Of a stretch of 64,000 nt of DNA, positions 62,481 to 64,000 are shown piece by piece. Position 1 is the first letter of the stretch. Every line of letters begins with the position of its first letter. The translations under genes and the position numbers were made by a program. The notes beneath the pieces are model-generated. The model was given only the letters and a program-made list of their open reading frames with translations, was not told the DNA's origin and searched no databases. This DNA is from Sarea resinae (taxonomy: Eukaryota): positions 558,001 to 622,000 of the forward strand of contig JAPEUD010000004.1 in the NCBI GenBank assembly GCA_026026165.1, given 5' to 3'.

Positions 62481-64000
62481 CATGTCGGCGAGGGGGTATT
62501 CTTATGGGCTACTGCCCTTATCAGGAAGTCCAAGGAATCCAATAGTGTCACCGATGCTAAGCCTACCTTGATACACATGTTCCACGCATCAATTTCTGTG
62601 TGTATCATTTGATTTCTGCTATCATGGATGGAACCAGTATCGAGTTTGGCTGAAAAGCATCAACGGCTCTTGTTTTGTATCACGCGCCTTCTTTCGGGAA
62701 TGTCACTAACGTTCTGTTCAAAAAGGTCCAGAAGTCAAGACGTCTCGTGCGAACTGGGCTGTACCTTGATAGGGACTGGTCTCTTCCCTTGCTTAGCTAC
62801 CATGTGGTCCCTATTTCATCGGCTGGCAGCTGAAGAGTGGACGAGGCAGGATTCTCGCGAAAGGGAAAATTTCCTTTTTGCGGTCGTGACGGCTGGCTGG
62901 CTGACCACTCACTGCTCGCTAGGACATTGCTGGTTTTCTTTTAGTCGAACTAGAGCCTGGCAGATGGAATAATTCCGAGGTGGCTTGTCGTTGATGATAC
63001 GCTGAATGAGTATCGTCGGAGAGATGAAGAGGAACGCAACAGAGTCCAGCGATAAAGAGAAAGGGGGTTGGGGGCCGGGGACGGAAGGGATGAAACAGCA
63101 ACAAGCACTTAAAGGTTTGTTGATTTTCGGAAGAAAATTGTTGATACAGAGGACAGCGACAGGTGATTCTCATGCAACAGGGAAGATGCGGAAGTTGAAA
63201 GAAAGGATCGCAAGCCGCGGGTCTGGCTCGGCAACGACTGTCGTTTTGGAGGAGTGATCTCGTGCTCAGAGCCGACGGAATTTTGAGGGCGATTGAGCGG
63301 CCAAGGGCAGGAGCTGAAAGCAGCCTCGACACTCGTCGATATTGTCTTTCGGATAGGGTTTGAATCAACGTCAATCAGCTTGGCGCGATCGGACTACCAT
63401 CTGTTGATGATGTCTTGATAGGTGCGCGAAAGGTTTGGATACCATAGGGCGATTTTACTCATCATTAAGAGGAGGAGAGAAGAGAGGAGCTTGATGACCT
63501 CTTACGGATTACGATTACGGGTACGCTCCAGGAAATTTAAGTTCGCTTGAAGCTGGAGGGAGTAGAGTCGGGGAGGTAGTGCTACCATGAGCGAGTCATA
63601 ATGCCAAGGCTGGAGCCGTTGGACAGGCTGTGTTCCTGGCTTGAGCAAATGAGACCCAGACGACCGCGTTATCGCCTTATCCTCGATATAGGGTTGAATG
63701 CTGCAAGATCATCCAGTTGGTGAAGAACCTCGTTATGAGGTCTAATCCGTCGAACCGGACCAAACGAAGAGGATGATGAGGATCTGGGACTCTTTTCTGG
63801 ACAGCGAAGAAGCGAAGAGCGTGCTGAGCCTGAAATGCCCAGTGGTTTATGTCAGGATATTCCAGCTCATTCAACCGCTCGCTCTCTGCTGGAGCTTGGA
63901 GATAAAGTATACAGAGAAAGAGAACCAGACACAGTGCATTGCATGAGCGGGACAGGCTCCCATTGTCGAAAGCGGGTGCTCGCGGAAACCAAACAAAGTC

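Overview
Intron-containing genomic DNA of a filamentous ascomycete (Pezizomycotina-type short GT-AG introns with CTRAC/CTRAT branch points, and a dispersed 5S rRNA gene). The window has three zones. (1) 1-7.9 kb is a non-coding, microsatellite-saturated desert. (2) 8-50.5 kb is a gene-dense core: a DUF2461 protein with three abnormally long introns (two hairpin-rich), TYW3, a SAM methyltransferase, a RING-HC+RRM protein, ARPC4, UBP6, a small membrane protein, an F-box-like/PHD-like protein, an SHB17-like histidine phosphatase, a divergent GH71, a riboflavin-kinase-like protein, a divergently transcribed TauD dioxygenase / MFS permease pair, TRM44, SMC5 and FUM1. (3) From 51 kb a 5S rRNA gene is followed by an accessory region: a tandem array of three intact and one decayed multi-C2H2 zinc-finger paralogs interleaved with transposon relics, a 98-bp MITE-like element and a Ty3/gypsy gag relic. 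Gene models were spliced by eye; family calls rest on recognised motifs, not database searches.
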